Assembly: GCA_937885645.1 (NCBI GenBank)
Contig: CALABJ010000018.1
Location: 72,203 to 136,202, forward strand
DNA from: an uncultured Clostridia bacterium
Lineage (GTDB): Bacteria > Bacillota > Clostridia > Christensenellales > CAG-917
Direction of reading: 5' to 3'
DNA: 64,000 bases
Shown: piece by piece, positions 29,812-39,430 of the stretch
How the letters are laid out: each line of letters begins with the position of its first letter
Position numbering within the stretch: the stretch's first letter is position 1
Notes under the pieces: model-generated
The model's input: only the letters and a program-made list of their open reading frames with translations
Told to the model about the DNA's origin: nothing
Databases searched by the model: none
Made by a program: the position numbers and the translations under genes

Positions 29812-29914
29812 AATACACGATAAGTGTTTTGACTGTTGCAGATAAGTACACGATATGTGTTATAAATGGCGAAAAATAGGCAAAAATCCAAAAATATAAC
29901 ACGTATCGTGTATT
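29812..29914. promoter_or_regulatory. Three copies of a 17-bp palindromic motif AATACACGATAHGTGTT (operator/iteron-like)
   Basis: Copies at 29812-29828 (aatacacgataagtgtt), 29845-29861 (agtacacgatatgtgtt) and, inverted, 29898-29914 (reverse complement aatacacgatacgtgtt). Each has ACAC...GTGT arms. Confidence 0.4.
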
Positions 29915-30491
29915 TTGGTGTTTGAACACACTATTTCTTAAAACCAAAAGTTGAAAAGCATTTGAGCAATACAAAGAGGGCGAAGAAGCGCTGACGTAAG
30001 CACTTCACCACTATATTTTCTTGGTTTTTCGTTGCGACGAAATGCAATTTGCATAGGGCAGTATCCTAGATTGCATAATTGTTTTTGCAACTTTGTTTAA
30101 ATTTTAGTTTTTTGTGGCTACGAAAATAAAATTTTTCGGTGAAATTTTAGATTGTCTCTTGGATTTAACTGATTTTCAAACCGACAGCTGTATCGTTAAC
30201 AGCCAGTTGTGCAGTCAAAATCGACAAAATTCGACCATTAAACGGACAAGTGTTTTAATAAAGGCAACATTTTTGCCAAAAATTGTCGGGATAAAAAAAG
30301 TAGTAGGCAAATTCGTTTTGATGTGGTATAATATCAAAGATGTATGACAGCGCGTTGTAATATTTATATAAACAGAGGGCGGTTTCAACCGAAAATAATC
30401 CGCCGTCCAAACAACAAAATCATCGTTTCAGCACTAGTAGGCTACAACCGCTTGTCCAACTGCATCACAATCTAAATAAGGAAGACAGTTT

Positions 30492-33293
30492 ATGCTTAAA
30501 CTTTTGAATATAACCAAAGAGTATCGCATTGACGATAATGACGTTACTCTTGCCCTCAATAACGTATCAATCGAATTTAGACAAAACGAATTTGTTTCAA
30601 TATTAGGCCCTTCGGGCTGTGGCAAAACCACACTTCTTAATATCGTTGGCGGACTTGATCGCTACACCAGTGGCGACATCCAAGTTGACGGCGTTTCCAC
30701 AAAGGAATTTGACGACGTTGACTGGGACACTTACCGCAACCAACGTATCGGCTTTGTTTTCCAATCCTACAACCTTATCCCTCATATGAACATTCTAAAG
30801 AATGTTGCTCTTTGTCTTACCCTTGCAGGTGTGTCAAAAGAGGAACGTATTGAGAGAGCCATGGAAGCACTCCGCAAGGTTGGCCTTGCAGACCAAGCCA
30901 AGAAGCGTCCCAACCAACTTTCTGGCGGACAAGCACAACGTGTAGCAATCGCTCGCGCCCTTGTCAACAATCCTGATATCATCCTTGCAGACGAGCCCAC
31001 CGGCGCACTTGACACCGAAAGTGGTCTTCAAGTTATGGAACTTTTGAAGGAAGTTGCCAGCGATCGTCTTGTGGTTATGGTCACACACAACCCTCAACTT
31101 GCCGAGGAATACAGCACACGCATCGTGTACTTGAAGGACGGCGAAGTTGTTGGCGACACAATGCCTTATGATGGCACGGCTGAAGAGGCAGAAGAAGTCG
31201 CAGTTGTTGAAACAGTTGAAGAAGCACAAGCAGAAACCCCTGCACCTAAAAAGACATCTTTCAAGGACAAGATGAAGAAATTGTCCGAAAAGATTGAAAA
31301 GTTCAAAAAGCACGACAAAGCATCAATGAAGTTGTCCACAGCAATCTCTTTGTCCTGGAACAACCTCATCAGCAAGAAGGGTAGGACTTTCCTCACCTCA
31401 GTTGCAGGCTCAATCGGCATCATCGGCATAATTTTGGTTTTGGCACTGTCATCAGGTGCAAGTGCATTTATTGCATCAATGGAAGAGGATGCACTGTCCA
31501 CCTATCCTCTCACCGTCAACAAGAGCAGTCTTCAAATCGACGAGGTCATGTCCAAGCTTATGTCAGGTGGCGAAGTGTGCGAGGAACACGTTGACGCAAA
31601 CGCAGACGGATATTGCGATAAATGCAACATCGACATCGATGCAGGCTATGACGTCACAGTCCTTTCAGTGCTTGGTGAATTGATCCCCGGCTTTGTGGCG
31701 GGCGAGTTTGGCTCAGAAAACGACTTGCACTCTTTCAAGAAGTACATAGAAGAAAACTTTGACGATGCAATCGCCACCGTCAAGTATGACTACGGCACAA
31801 CCTTCAACGTGTACGCCGAAGACCCCAAAAACAACGAAAGACCTGCCGACGAGCAAATCTATATGAAGATAAACCCCTACGTGGAAGCAATGTTCATCGT
31901 CCTTGAACAAATGCGTGACAATCCCATGATAGGCGCAATTATGGACACCAAGTTCAATATCTTCGGCATGGAAATCACTATGAACGAGGCTCTGCCTCTT
32001 ATGGGCAGTATGCTTGGTGACAGTTGGGCAGAGATGTCTTCAAACCAAGAACTCCTTGACAGTCAATACGATGTCAAGGCAGGCAGATGGCCCACGTCAA
32101 AAGATGAAGTCGTCGTTGTGCTGACCAGAGACGGCAAACTTATTGACTTCCAACTCTTTATGCTTGGCTTGAAGTCACAAGACGACGTCATGCAAGCACT
32201 TATGGACGGAAAAACCTTCAGTTCAACTGGTTTCAAATATGAGGACCTCCTTGGCAAACCCTACAAAATTCTTACCAACGCAGACTACCTCGTTCCCAAC
32301 GTAGATGCAGATGGCAATCCCATCCTTTCAGCAGACGGCGGTCCTACTTGGACACATATGCCCAAGAGCACTCTTGACAAGGAATTTGTTGAAGGAGAAA
32401 ACGCCAACGCAATGGACGTGAAGATTGTCGGCGTTGTCCAACCCAAGGAAGGCGCAAACTCATTGTCAATCAACGGTGTCGTTGGCTACACCAAGGAACT
32501 TGGTGACTACCTCCTTGAAAAAGCAAGTTCTCACGAAGCAGTCCAAGCCCAAATCGCCGCATACGAAAAGGCAGTGGCAGAGGGCAAAAATAGTTATAAG
32601 AGCGTGCTTTCATACACCATCAACAGCGGTGACAGCACTGATGAATTGAAGGTGGGTGGCACAATCAACATCAAGACAAAGGATCGTCACGACGTCATCC
32701 TCCGTGCTCTCGGCGTTGCTGACCTTGACTATCCTCTTGCAATCGAGTTCTACTGTTCATCCTTCGATTCAAAGGATGACGTGGAGGCGTTCATCAAGGA
32801 ATACAACGAACAAGTCGACACAGACAAGCAAATTCAATACAGCGACTCACTGTCATCAATGATGTCGTTTGTCAACACAATGGCAGAGGTCATCACAGGC
32901 GTTCTGGTTGCATTTGCCGCAATCTCACTGGTTGTTTCAACAATTATGATTGCAATCATCATCTACACCTCAGTCCTTGAAAGACGAAAGGAAATCGGTG
33001 TGCTCAGAAGTATCGGCGCAAGAAAGAAAGACGTTGCCCGTGTCTTCCTTGCAGAAAGTGCAATCCTCGGCGGATACAGTGGCGTCATCGGTGTGGTGGT
33101 CAGTTGCCTCATATCCCTTGCAGGCAGTGCAATACTGAAATCAGTGTTTGGCATCGCCGACATTATGCAAGTGGAGTGGTGGCACGCAGTTATGATGCTT
33201 GGCATATCAGTGCTTCTCAGCATGCTTGCAGGCTTCGTACCTTCAAGAGTTGCCGCCAAGAAAGACCCTGCAATCGCCCTCCGCAGCGAATAA
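30492..33293 (+). CDS. Fused ABC transporter ATP-binding protein/permease (MacB/FtsX type) with large extracytoplasmic domain
   Basis: Walker [10 protein letters not shown], signature LSGGQAQRV and Walker B ILADEPT. An acidic linker and a TM helix follow, then a ~480-aa extracellular region. The C-terminus is FtsX-like ([11 protein letters not shown] plus 3 TM helices). Confidence 0.85.
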   Translation: MLKLLNITKEYRIDDNDVTLALNNVSIEFRQNEFVSILGPSGCGKTTLLNIVGGLDRYTSGDIQVDGVSTKEFDDVDWDTYRNQRIGFVFQSYNLIPHMNILKNVALCLTLAGVSKEERIERAMEALRKVGLADQAKKRPNQLSGGQAQRVAIARALVNNPDIILADEPTGALDTESGLQVMELLKEVASDRLVVMVTHNPQLAEEYSTRIVYLKDGEVVGDTMPYDGTAEEAEEVAVVETVEEAQAETPAPKKTSFKDKMKKLSEKIEKFKKHDKASMKLSTAISLSWNNLISKKGRTFLTSVAGSIGIIGIILVLALSSGASAFIASMEEDALSTYPLTVNKSSLQIDEVMSKLMSGGEVCEEHVDANADGYCDKCNIDIDAGYDVTVLSVLGELIPGFVAGEFGSENDLHSFKKYIEENFDDAIATVKYDYGTTFNVYAEDPKNNERPADEQIYMKINPYVEAMFIVLEQMRDNPMIGAIMDTKFNIFGMEITMNEALPLMGSMLGDSWAEMSSNQELLDSQYDVKAGRWPTSKDEVVVVLTRDGKLIDFQLFMLGLKSQDDVMQALMDGKTFSSTGFKYEDLLGKPYKILTNADYLVPNVDADGNPILSADGGPTWTHMPKSTLDKEFVEGENANAMDVKIVGVVQPKEGANSLSINGVVGYTKELGDYLLEKASSHEAVQAQIAAYEKAVAEGKNSYKSVLSYTINSGDSTDELKVGGTINIKTKDRHDVILRALGVADLDYPLAIEFYCSSFDSKDDVEAFIKEYNEQVDTDKQIQYSDSLSSMMSFVNTMAEVITGVLVAFAAISLVVSTIMIAIIIYTSVLERRKEIGVLRSIGARKKDVARVFLAESAILGGYSGVIGVVVSCLISLAGSAILKSVFGIADIMQVEWWHAVMMLGISVLLSMLAGFVPSRVAAKKDPAIALRSE

Positions 33294-33321
33294 CAGAGCA
33301 GAGCACCTCATCTCAATCAAC

Positions 33322-33386
33322 CAAAAAACCGAGAGCAATCTCGGTTTTTTTATTAAAAGAAAAAACGGACTTGTTTGTCCGTTTTT
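33322..33386. repeat. Double-hairpin terminator cassette, left copy (inverted repeat partner of 44064-44129)
   Basis: aaaaaaccgagagcaatctcggttttttt followed by aaaaaacggacttgtttgtccgttttt, lying between convergent genes. By my manual alignment it matches the reverse complement of 44064-44129 except for a 1-nt T-run indel and 3 loop positions. Confidence 0.7.
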
Positions 33387-33400
33387 GTTTTGCACTTCCT

Positions 33401-33994
33401 CTATTCTTGAATGTACGTAGGATAAGTGGTTTTGTCCTCATCGGTGATTTCTCGCAGAGCCCTGCAGGGCACTCCAACTGCCACCACACCACTGGGGATA
33501 TCTTTTGTCACCACACTGCCCGCACCTATGACAGAGTCGTCGCCGATTGTCACACCAGCAAGAATTGTGCTATGCGCTCCTATCCAAACGTTGTTGCCAA
33601 TGGTTATAGGTTTTGCAATCTCCACTCCTGCCTTGCGCATTTCAGGGTCTATAGCATGCTCGGCGGTTGTGATGCAACAGTATGGCGCGATGAAAACGTT
33701 GTTGCCAAAAGTCACTTTTGCGCCGTCTGTGATGACAAGACCATGGTTTGAATAAAAGTTGTCACCAACGGATATGTTGTAGCCATAGTCGCACCAAAAA
33801 GGAGGGGTGATGATGACGTCACTGCCCATATTTCCAAGCAAAGTTTTCAAGATTTCAGTTTGCTCTATCCTGTCGTTTGGCGACAGTTGGTTGAAACGGA
33901 AACACTTGTCCTTGCCTTTTTTGATCTCCTCTTCATATTGCGGGTTGTAGCACCCCTGAAAAAACTGATATGTTGGCACAATAGGCTTTTCCAT
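33401..33994 (-). CDS. Sugar O-acetyltransferase (maltose/galactoside acetyltransferase family, hexapeptide repeats)
   Basis: 197 aa with a Maa-like N-terminus and left-handed beta-helix repeats (IGNNVWIGAHSTILAGVTIGDDSVIGAGSVV). Confidence 0.85.
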   Translation of the reverse strand: MEKPIVPTYQFFQGCYNPQYEEEIKKGKDKCFRFNQLSPNDRIEQTEILKTLLGNMGSDVIITPPFWCDYGYNISVGDNFYSNHGLVITDGAKVTFGNNVFIAPYCCITTAEHAIDPEMRKAGVEIAKPITIGNNVWIGAHSTILAGVTIGDDSVIGAGSVVTKDIPSGVVAVGVPCRALREITDEDKTTYPTYIQE

Positions 33995-34064
33995 AAGACT
34001 CTCCTTTTCATAATAATATCACCCTTTCCACACAATTTCAATATCAAAATTAAGCATCAAACTC

Positions 34065-34092
34065 TTGCAAATTGAAAATAATATGTTATAAT
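34065..34092 (+). promoter_or_regulatory. Putative sigma-A promoter of ssrA
   Basis: TTGCAA (34065-34070), 16-nt spacer, TGtTATAAT (-10 at 34087-34092). About 17 nt upstream of the mature tmRNA 5' end. Confidence 0.5.
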
Positions 34093-34108
34093 ACGACTAC
34101 ACTCTTTT

Positions 34109-34474
34109 GGGGGTGTACTGGATTCGACTACTGGTTGGAGTCGGGATAAGCATGTCGCAGGCTCGTCTGCGTTAAAACGGAAAGCTAAAATTAAATGCAA
34201 AAAACAATACTATGAGATCCTCAAACATGGGTCTCGCCCTCGCTGCATAATTTAGTCAGCGTGTCGCCCCGAGGTTTTCTGTTCCCTTGGCAAGCGGCAT
34301 CAGAAAAACAGACAACGCCAGCCCAGTGTCCTGTAAGTTGGTTGTCATGAAGGACTCATCAATCTGCGGTTCGCCCACGTACCAAAGTGCGAAAAATCTA
34401 AACGTGAGATAAACATGTAGAAAGTCGCGGTGAAGGCTTTTAGGACCGGGGTTCAACTCCCCGCATCTCCACCA
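34109..34474 (+). ncRNA. ssrA: tmRNA (SsrA)
   Basis: 5' GGGGGTGTACTGGATTCGAC. The 3' T-arm is cGGGGTTCAACTCCCCg plus CATCTCCACCA. The acceptor stem pairs, including a G3:U pair. The internal tag ORF gca aaa aac aat act atg aga tcc tca aac atg ggt ctc gcc ctc gct gca taa encodes AKNNTMRSSNMGLALAA*. Confidence 0.9.
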
Positions 34475-34475
34475 A
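34454..34475 (+). repeat. attL-side 22-bp direct repeat (3' end of ssrA)
   Basis: caactccccgcatctccaccaa is identical to 44039-44060. Confidence 0.85.
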
Positions 34476-34476
34476 T

Positions 34477-34520
34477 GACAACCATATTCGAACTCTGTTC
34501 GAGACTGGTTGTCTTTTTCT
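34477..34520 (+). terminator. Element-supplied terminator for ssrA
   Basis: gacaacca...tggttgtc stem (34477-34513) followed by ttttt, immediately after the tmRNA CCA end. Confidence 0.6.
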
Positions 34521-34700
34521 TTATCAATGAATTATAGCACAATGCTTTATGCCGCGAAAGGTTCTTTACATGAGTAGGAACGTGTTAGGCTATTTGCCAA
34601 GGCAAAACAAAAGCCCCTTGGGCGGTGGTGTTGGCTTCTTTGCCATCATACCACGTTCCGAAGAGGCTCGTGTCAAGAGCACCGTGGAATAAACATTGCA

Positions 34701-36224
34701 CTATCCAATTATCATCTCTATATCTATGTCAAATAGATATGGCTCCTTCTTGCTCTCAATATAGACTGGCATCACCAGTTTTTCTTTGTAAAATAAAAAG
34801 CCCTGACTTATCTCAGGACTTGTTGTTATTGGGCTGTTTAGATATATTTCAATTTTGTCGTTGAAAACTATGATCTCTTTTATTAAAGTTCCAATCAGCA
34901 TTTGTGCATCCAGCCTTAATGCCTTTTCGTAAAATGATTTTATTTGCACCTCATTCAAACAGATTATCGTCTTGCATTTCTCAATGCTTATTTCCTTTTC
35001 TAGCTCAATTTGTCTGGTTTCAAGTTCATGCAATCGCTTATTTGTTGTGTTAGACATTATACCTCTTTCAAGCGCAGCAACCAAGTTATTTAAAGAAGTT
35101 TCTACCTGCCTTAATTCTCGTTGTAGTGAGCCAAGCCGAGGATTGTCTTTAAGCAACTTATTCTGCAAAGCCATAACATTTTTAATTAAGCCATTCATCG
35201 TTGTAGGTTCACATAATTTTGAAATGATAATATCTATGATAAAATTCTCAAAATCATCCTTCCGAATAGTTGTTTTTTGGCAACCATTTCTATATGTTTT
35301 TCTGCCACGACATTTGTAGTAATGGACTTTTTTGCCCGTCTTAGATGTTCCACTTTCTGCGCTAAAAGGTTTGCCACAATAACCACATTTTACCTTATCT
35401 CTCAGCAGATAAACGGCATTAAGACTTCGTGTTCCTCTAAAATTAGTACTCAAGATTTGTTGGACTTGTTGATAGACCTCTACATCAACTATTTTAGGAT
35501 ATATGTTGTCAAACACCTCTCCATTATGCCTATATATCCCCGTGTATTTTTCCTTTCTCAAAATATTGTAAAGCATGTTCATATTGAAAGGCTTTCCTCT
35601 GTAAAGAACACCCTTTTCGGTGAGCGACTTAATAATTTGTGGCACGTATACACCAACGGCATATTGTGAGAAAATATACCTTACAATTTCTGCCTCGCCC
35701 TCGTTGATAACAATCTTCTTATCAACCACCTTGTATCCGTAGGGGACACCTCCACCACAATATAATCCTTTCTTTCGATTTTCATCTTGTCCACGGCGTA
35801 TCTTTTGTGACATTTCAGCTGAGTAATATTCAGCGATACCAATATAGACGTTTTCAAGCAGTATGCCATCTAGGTTTTTTGTGCCATCAATATTCTCGGA
35901 TGTTCGTTGCGTTGCAGAGATAAGAATCTTGCCATTATCGGTCAATTTCTTCTTGTTGAGTATGACCTCAGTTGAGTTTCTTCCAAATCGATCTATGGCA
36001 TAAACAAGAACGATTTCCCATGGTGCATTTTTGCTATCTGACAGCATTTGTTGGAATGCTGCTCGGTTATCATTGGTGCCTGTCATGGCACGATCTATGT
36101 ATGTGTTGACAATAAGCAAGTTGTTATCTCTTGCATATTTTTCACACACTGTAAGTTGACCTTCAATAGATTGTTCGGTCTGTGCATTGCTAGAGTATCT
36201 AGCATAGATTACTGCAGATTTCAT
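34701..36224 (-). CDS. Large serine recombinase (integrase)
   Basis: N-terminal resolvase catalytic domain AVIYARYSSNAQTEQSIEGQ. Then a recombinase domain, a zinc-ribbon (CGYCGKPFS...YYKCRGRK) and a coiled-coil-like region. 507 aa. Confidence 0.9.
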   Translation of the reverse strand: MKSAVIYARYSSNAQTEQSIEGQLTVCEKYARDNNLLIVNTYIDRAMTGTNDNRAAFQQMLSDSKNAPWEIVLVYAIDRFGRNSTEVILNKKKLTDNGKILISATQRTSENIDGTKNLDGILLENVYIGIAEYYSAEMSQKIRRGQDENRKKGLYCGGGVPYGYKVVDKKIVINEGEAEIVRYIFSQYAVGVYVPQIIKSLTEKGVLYRGKPFNMNMLYNILRKEKYTGIYRHNGEVFDNIYPKIVDVEVYQQVQQILSTNFRGTRSLNAVYLLRDKVKCGYCGKPFSAESGTSKTGKKVHYYKCRGRKTYRNGCQKTTIRKDDFENFIIDIIISKLCEPTTMNGLIKNVMALQNKLLKDNPRLGSLQRELRQVETSLNNLVAALERGIMSNTTNKRLHELETRQIELEKEISIEKCKTIICLNEVQIKSFYEKALRLDAQMLIGTLIKEIIVFNDKIEIYLNSPITTSPEISQGFLFYKEKLVMPVYIESKKEPYLFDIDIEMIIG

Positions 36225-36411
36225 ATTTTATCCTCCTATTTTGTATTAATAAAATTTGTCTTTCGACAGGAGCAAAGAAAACGGAACGGCGTTAAGCTGC
36301 TCGCTTTTCTTTTGAGTTCATCTGCTTTTATACAAGGGTTGAGTATCAATGCACCTTGCCCTTGTATAAAAGAGTCGTTCCGTTTATGCTCCACAAAAGG
36401 CGAAAGAAAAA

Positions 36412-37293
36412 CTAGTTCGCCTTTCTCATTTGTGCTATTACTTCGGGGCTAACTTTTCCCATATAACAACCCTCATCTAAGCATTGAAAGTCGTCAAAAA
36501 GTATTAGTTTAATTCCTTTCTTTTCGTCCATGCTGCACGCCACATCTTCATCCAAAATGTCCGAAATAAAATAGGTCGGCGTGCCTTTGGAATACACTAC
36601 TCTCTCACCGGATTTTTCTAGGTATTTCATCAAGTATCTTTTGGCATCTTGTATTGCATCCATATTGCTTTGGATAGGGCTGAAATCAGACCTTCCAAAC
36701 CTTTCATTGAAATATGTGTTTTGCGTTGTAGTTTGCCTTTTATGAGTGTTGAAACTGTAATCGGTCACTTCTATTAACTCACCAACCATTGCGCCCTCAG
36801 GGATGTTAAAAATGCCGTGGAAGTGCAATCTGTTCTTTTCTGGACTACGTTCCCAAACGCCGATATATACCCAACCTTTTCTATGACTCATTTTCTTCAA
36901 GCAATTGGATAGTTTCTTTTTGAAACTTTCTTCATCGTGTAATTTGTCGTCATAGGTGAATGTGCAAAAGTAGTTCCATCTTCCAATATTAATTTTCCTA
37001 GACAATCTCTTTCTTCGTTCAATAAGGTTTCTTTGTCGCTTTTCCATATATTCATCTGCAAATTGTTTTGCCTCATTTTCATCTTCAAAATATCCTTTCA
37101 ATTCCCTTATCAATTCTTCTTTCTTCTCAACCTTTTTCTTGCCTTTGTTTTCCTCAAATACTTTGTCCGCTTTTTCTTTTAATTCAATGTCATCTTTGCT
37201 TATTTTCTTTCGTTTCTTCGTAGGTCTTGTTGTCTTTGGTATGGCAATATAATGACTGCCGTCTGAGTAAATTTTTGTCTCTTCGTAAAACAT
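36412..37293 (-). CDS. Rolling-circle replication initiator (HUH endonuclease, Rep)
   Basis: Motif I WNYFCTFTYD, motif II (HUH) RLHFHGIFN and motif III AKRYLMKYLEKS (catalytic Tyr). Lys-rich N-terminus. Confidence 0.75.
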   Translation of the reverse strand: MFYEETKIYSDGSHYIAIPKTTRPTKKRKKISKDDIELKEKADKVFEENKGKKKVEKKEELIRELKGYFEDENEAKQFADEYMEKRQRNLIERRKRLSRKINIGRWNYFCTFTYDDKLHDEESFKKKLSNCLKKMSHRKGWVYIGVWERSPEKNRLHFHGIFNIPEGAMVGELIEVTDYSFNTHKRQTTTQNTYFNERFGRSDFSPIQSNMDAIQDAKRYLMKYLEKSGERVVYSKGTPTYFISDILDEDVACSMDEKKGIKLILFDDFQCLDEGCYMGKVSPEVIAQMRKAN

Positions 37294-37296
37294 GTT

Positions 37297-37446
37297 TTAA
37301 TCCTCCTTTTCGTTTTCTAGTTGCTCTTTGTGAAGCGACAAAACTCGTGCTAGCAGTGTGGCATAAATTGCCTTCTGCTGTTGTTCACTAAGGCTATTGA
37401 CATCTATGTTTCCGCGCACAATAACCTCAATTCCATTTTTGTCCAT
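37297..37446 (-). CDS. Small hypothetical protein (49 aa) translationally coupled to Rep
   Basis: Not in the ORF track because it is under 60 aa. AAAAGGAGG lies 7 nt upstream of the ATG at 37446. Translation: MDKNGIEVIVRGNIDVNSLSEQQQKAIYATLLARVLSLHKEQLENEKED. The stop lies 3 nt before the rep ATG. Confidence 0.5.
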   Translation of the reverse strand: MDKNGIEVIVRGNIDVNSLSEQQQKAIYATLLARVLSLHKEQLENEKED

Positions 37447-37769
37447 AGCGACACCTCCTTTTGTTTTATTTCAAAAGGTATGAAAAAAACGCAATACGAA
37501 AACGTATTACGCCATTCCATTAAGTGCACCATCCGATACTAGCCCTCGGACGACGGGTTTGCGCCTTTTTTATTCGGCAATCTTTACATTAGGCTTGCCA
37601 CCTTGAATGCGATTTCAGTCCTTTTTTATTCAACTTGATTTTATCTTATTTTGTTTTGAGGGTGTGAGTCTTTTGCCGTTAAGATATCCACACTTTCCGT
37701 TATGAAAATATAGGAAAACGATACTTTTAGGTAAGTTAGTGATGTCTGAATTTGTGGCAAAGAAAAAGT

Positions 37770-37884
37770 CCCCCCAATATATAGCCACGAAAAACGCAAA
37801 ATTTAACGGTCTAAACGAAAAATTCTTGAAAAAATTTTTATCCCCTCAATATATATACCTTGAGAACAGGCAAAATATAACGGT
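37770..37884. repeat. Two ~45-bp imperfect direct repeats in the element's non-coding region (iteron-like)
   Basis: ccccccaatatatagcc...gcaaaatttaacggt (37770-37810) versus cccctcaatatatatacc...gcaaaatataacggt (37842-37884). Confidence 0.5.
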
Positions 37885-37935
37885 TTTTTGAAAAAAGTTA
37901 AAAAAAATTTAATTGCCTTTGAAAAGATAAAGAAT

Positions 37936-37999
37936 CCAGCCAGAGGGATAGGCGAAAGATTGCACAAGCGGGCTAGCGTGCAACTTCGCCCCCTGCTGG
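37936..37999. other. Long imperfect hairpin (candidate single-strand origin or structured RNA)
   Basis: Three nested stems: CCAGC(c)AG(a)GG / CCCTGCTGG, GGCGAA / TTCGCC and TTGCAC / GTGCAA. About 22 bp over 64 nt. Confidence 0.45.
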
Positions 38000-38038
38000 C
38001 TTTATCTCAAAGCAATTTAGTTTTGTTTTTACACAACC

Positions 38039-38093
38039 GTGTGCTTGTCTATGGCGGAGCGAAGCGACGCCACTTGTATCAAGACAAGCACAC
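38039..38093 (-). other. Hairpin carrying a CTTGATA nick-site-like motif (candidate double-strand origin for the HUH Rep)
   Basis: Perfect 12-bp outer stem gtgtgcttgtct / agacaagcacac and inner stem tggcg / cgcca. The minus strand (the rep-coding strand) reads gtgtgcttgTCTTGATACaag at 38077-38083. Confidence 0.5.
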
Positions 38094-38204
38094 GTCTCAG
38101 TGCCATTCCATCGTAAATTTTGAAAAAAGATTGATTTTTTAATTAATTTGTGTTAAACTAATAATGTTCCACGGGACGAACAATATAACTTGGAGATTTT
38201 GTTA

Positions 38205-38393
38205 ATGAATGACGAATTTATTACCGCAAATCAAGCAGCAAAAAGATGGAACATTACGCAACGAAGAGTGCAAATCTTATGCGCTAAAGGGCGAATTGAC
38301 GGAGTCTTTAAATTGGGCGAAAGCTGGGTGATTCCTGCAAATGCCAAAAAACCAATCGACAGAAGAATTAAAAAGGAAAAAGAAAATGTTTAA
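38205..38393 (+). CDS. Small helix-turn-helix DNA-binding protein (excisionase/MerR-like HTH; controller or RDF candidate)
   Basis: 62 aa. ITANQAAKRWNITQRRVQILCAKGRIDGVFKLGESWVIP resembles excisionase-type HTH proteins. GGAG lies 9 nt upstream. Its 3' end overlaps the first methyltransferase start by 8 nt. Confidence 0.6.
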   Translation: MNDEFITANQAAKRWNITQRRVQILCAKGRIDGVFKLGESWVIPANAKKPIDRRIKKEKENV

Positions 38394-39429
38394 TGTATTA
38401 GATTTGTTTTGTGGATGCGGTGGATTGTCTTATGGATTTAAATCTGCAGGATATAATGTAGTTTTAGGTATTGACAATGATAAAAATGCCCTGGAAACAT
38501 TCGAATTTAACCATAAAAATTCAAAGTCAATATGTGGTGATATTACTACCATACGCGCAGAAGATATAAGTCGTATTGTTGGTGGAAAACAAATTGACGT
38601 TATCATTGGTGGACCGCCTTGCCAAGGAATGTCTTTATCCGGTCCTAGAAGATTCGATGATCCAAGAAATAAACTGTATTTATCTTATATTCGCCTTGTT
38701 GAAGAACTTCAACCTAAAGCGTTTGTTATAGAAAATGTTCCTGGATTAGTGTCGTTATTTAACGGACAAATTAAGGAAAGCATTGTCGAAAGATTAACAG
38801 CCTTAGGTTATAATGTGCAATACAAAATTTTGTGTTCGGCTGATTATGGTGTTCCCCAAAGTCGCAGAAGAGTTGTTTTTGTTGGATTAAAAACGGGCGA
38901 ATTTGTATACCCTGAAATTAATAATAATCAAGTAACTTGTGAAATGGCGTTGAGTGATTTGCCCCCCTTGATAGATTGTTTAGGGGAAGAAAATCAAGAA
39001 TATGCTACCAGAGCCACTTGCGATTATCAAAAACTGATGAGAAAACGTTCTAATGTAGTGAAAAATCATATAGCAGCAACTCATTCTGATAAAGTAAAAA
39101 ACATTATTTCTATGGTTCCCGATGGTGGTAATTATAAAAACCTCCCCGAACCCTATCGCAGCAGTCGAAATTTTCACGTGGCATGGACGCGTTTTAATAG
39201 TCAAAAGCCTGCTCCCACTATTGATACGGGGCATCGACATCATTTCCATTATAAGTATGATAGAGTTCCTACGGTTAGAGAATGTGCGAGGTTGCAATCA
39301 TTTCCCGATGACTTTATCTTCTTGGGAAACAAAACACAGCAATTCAGACAGGTTGGCAATGCTGTTCCACCATTAATGGCACAGGCGATTGCTGAACAGT
39401 TACTGCAATTTATTACTAAGGGGAACTAA
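38386..39429 (+). CDS. DNA (cytosine-5)-methyltransferase 1
   Basis: Motif I DLFCGCGG, IV GGPPCQGMS, VI ENVPGL, VIII QSRRRV and X GNAVPP. The start is taken at MFNVLDLF. Confidence 0.9.
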   Translation: MFNVLDLFCGCGGLSYGFKSAGYNVVLGIDNDKNALETFEFNHKNSKSICGDITTIRAEDISRIVGGKQIDVIIGGPPCQGMSLSGPRRFDDPRNKLYLSYIRLVEELQPKAFVIENVPGLVSLFNGQIKESIVERLTALGYNVQYKILCSADYGVPQSRRRVVFVGLKTGEFVYPEINNNQVTCEMALSDLPPLIDCLGEENQEYATRATCDYQKLMRKRSNVVKNHIAATHSDKVKNIISMVPDGGNYKNLPEPYRSSRNFHVAWTRFNSQKPAPTIDTGHRHHFHYKYDRVPTVRECARLQSFPDDFIFLGNKTQQFRQVGNAVPPLMAQAIAEQLLQFITKGN

Positions 39430-39430
39430 T

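Noticed and set aside
29703-30347. ORFs 29703-29891(-), 29768-29974(-) and 30114-30347(+)
   Set aside because: They are AT-rich, lack an RBS, overlap each other and coincide with the repeated palindromic motifs. The translations look like non-coding DNA (runs of F/I/Y/N/K).
33104-33751. 215-aa plus-strand ORF spanning the ABC 3' end, the terminators and the acetyltransferase antisense strand
   Set aside because: It crosses two terminator hairpins and mirrors the hexapeptide-repeat acetyltransferase gene. The composition is Cys/His/Arg-rich junk.
37888-38142. 84-aa ORF in the element's non-coding region
   Set aside because: It is made largely of the two long hairpins (37936-37999, 38039-38093), has no RBS, and starts at a non-ATG codon. 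The structure explains the open frame better than coding does.
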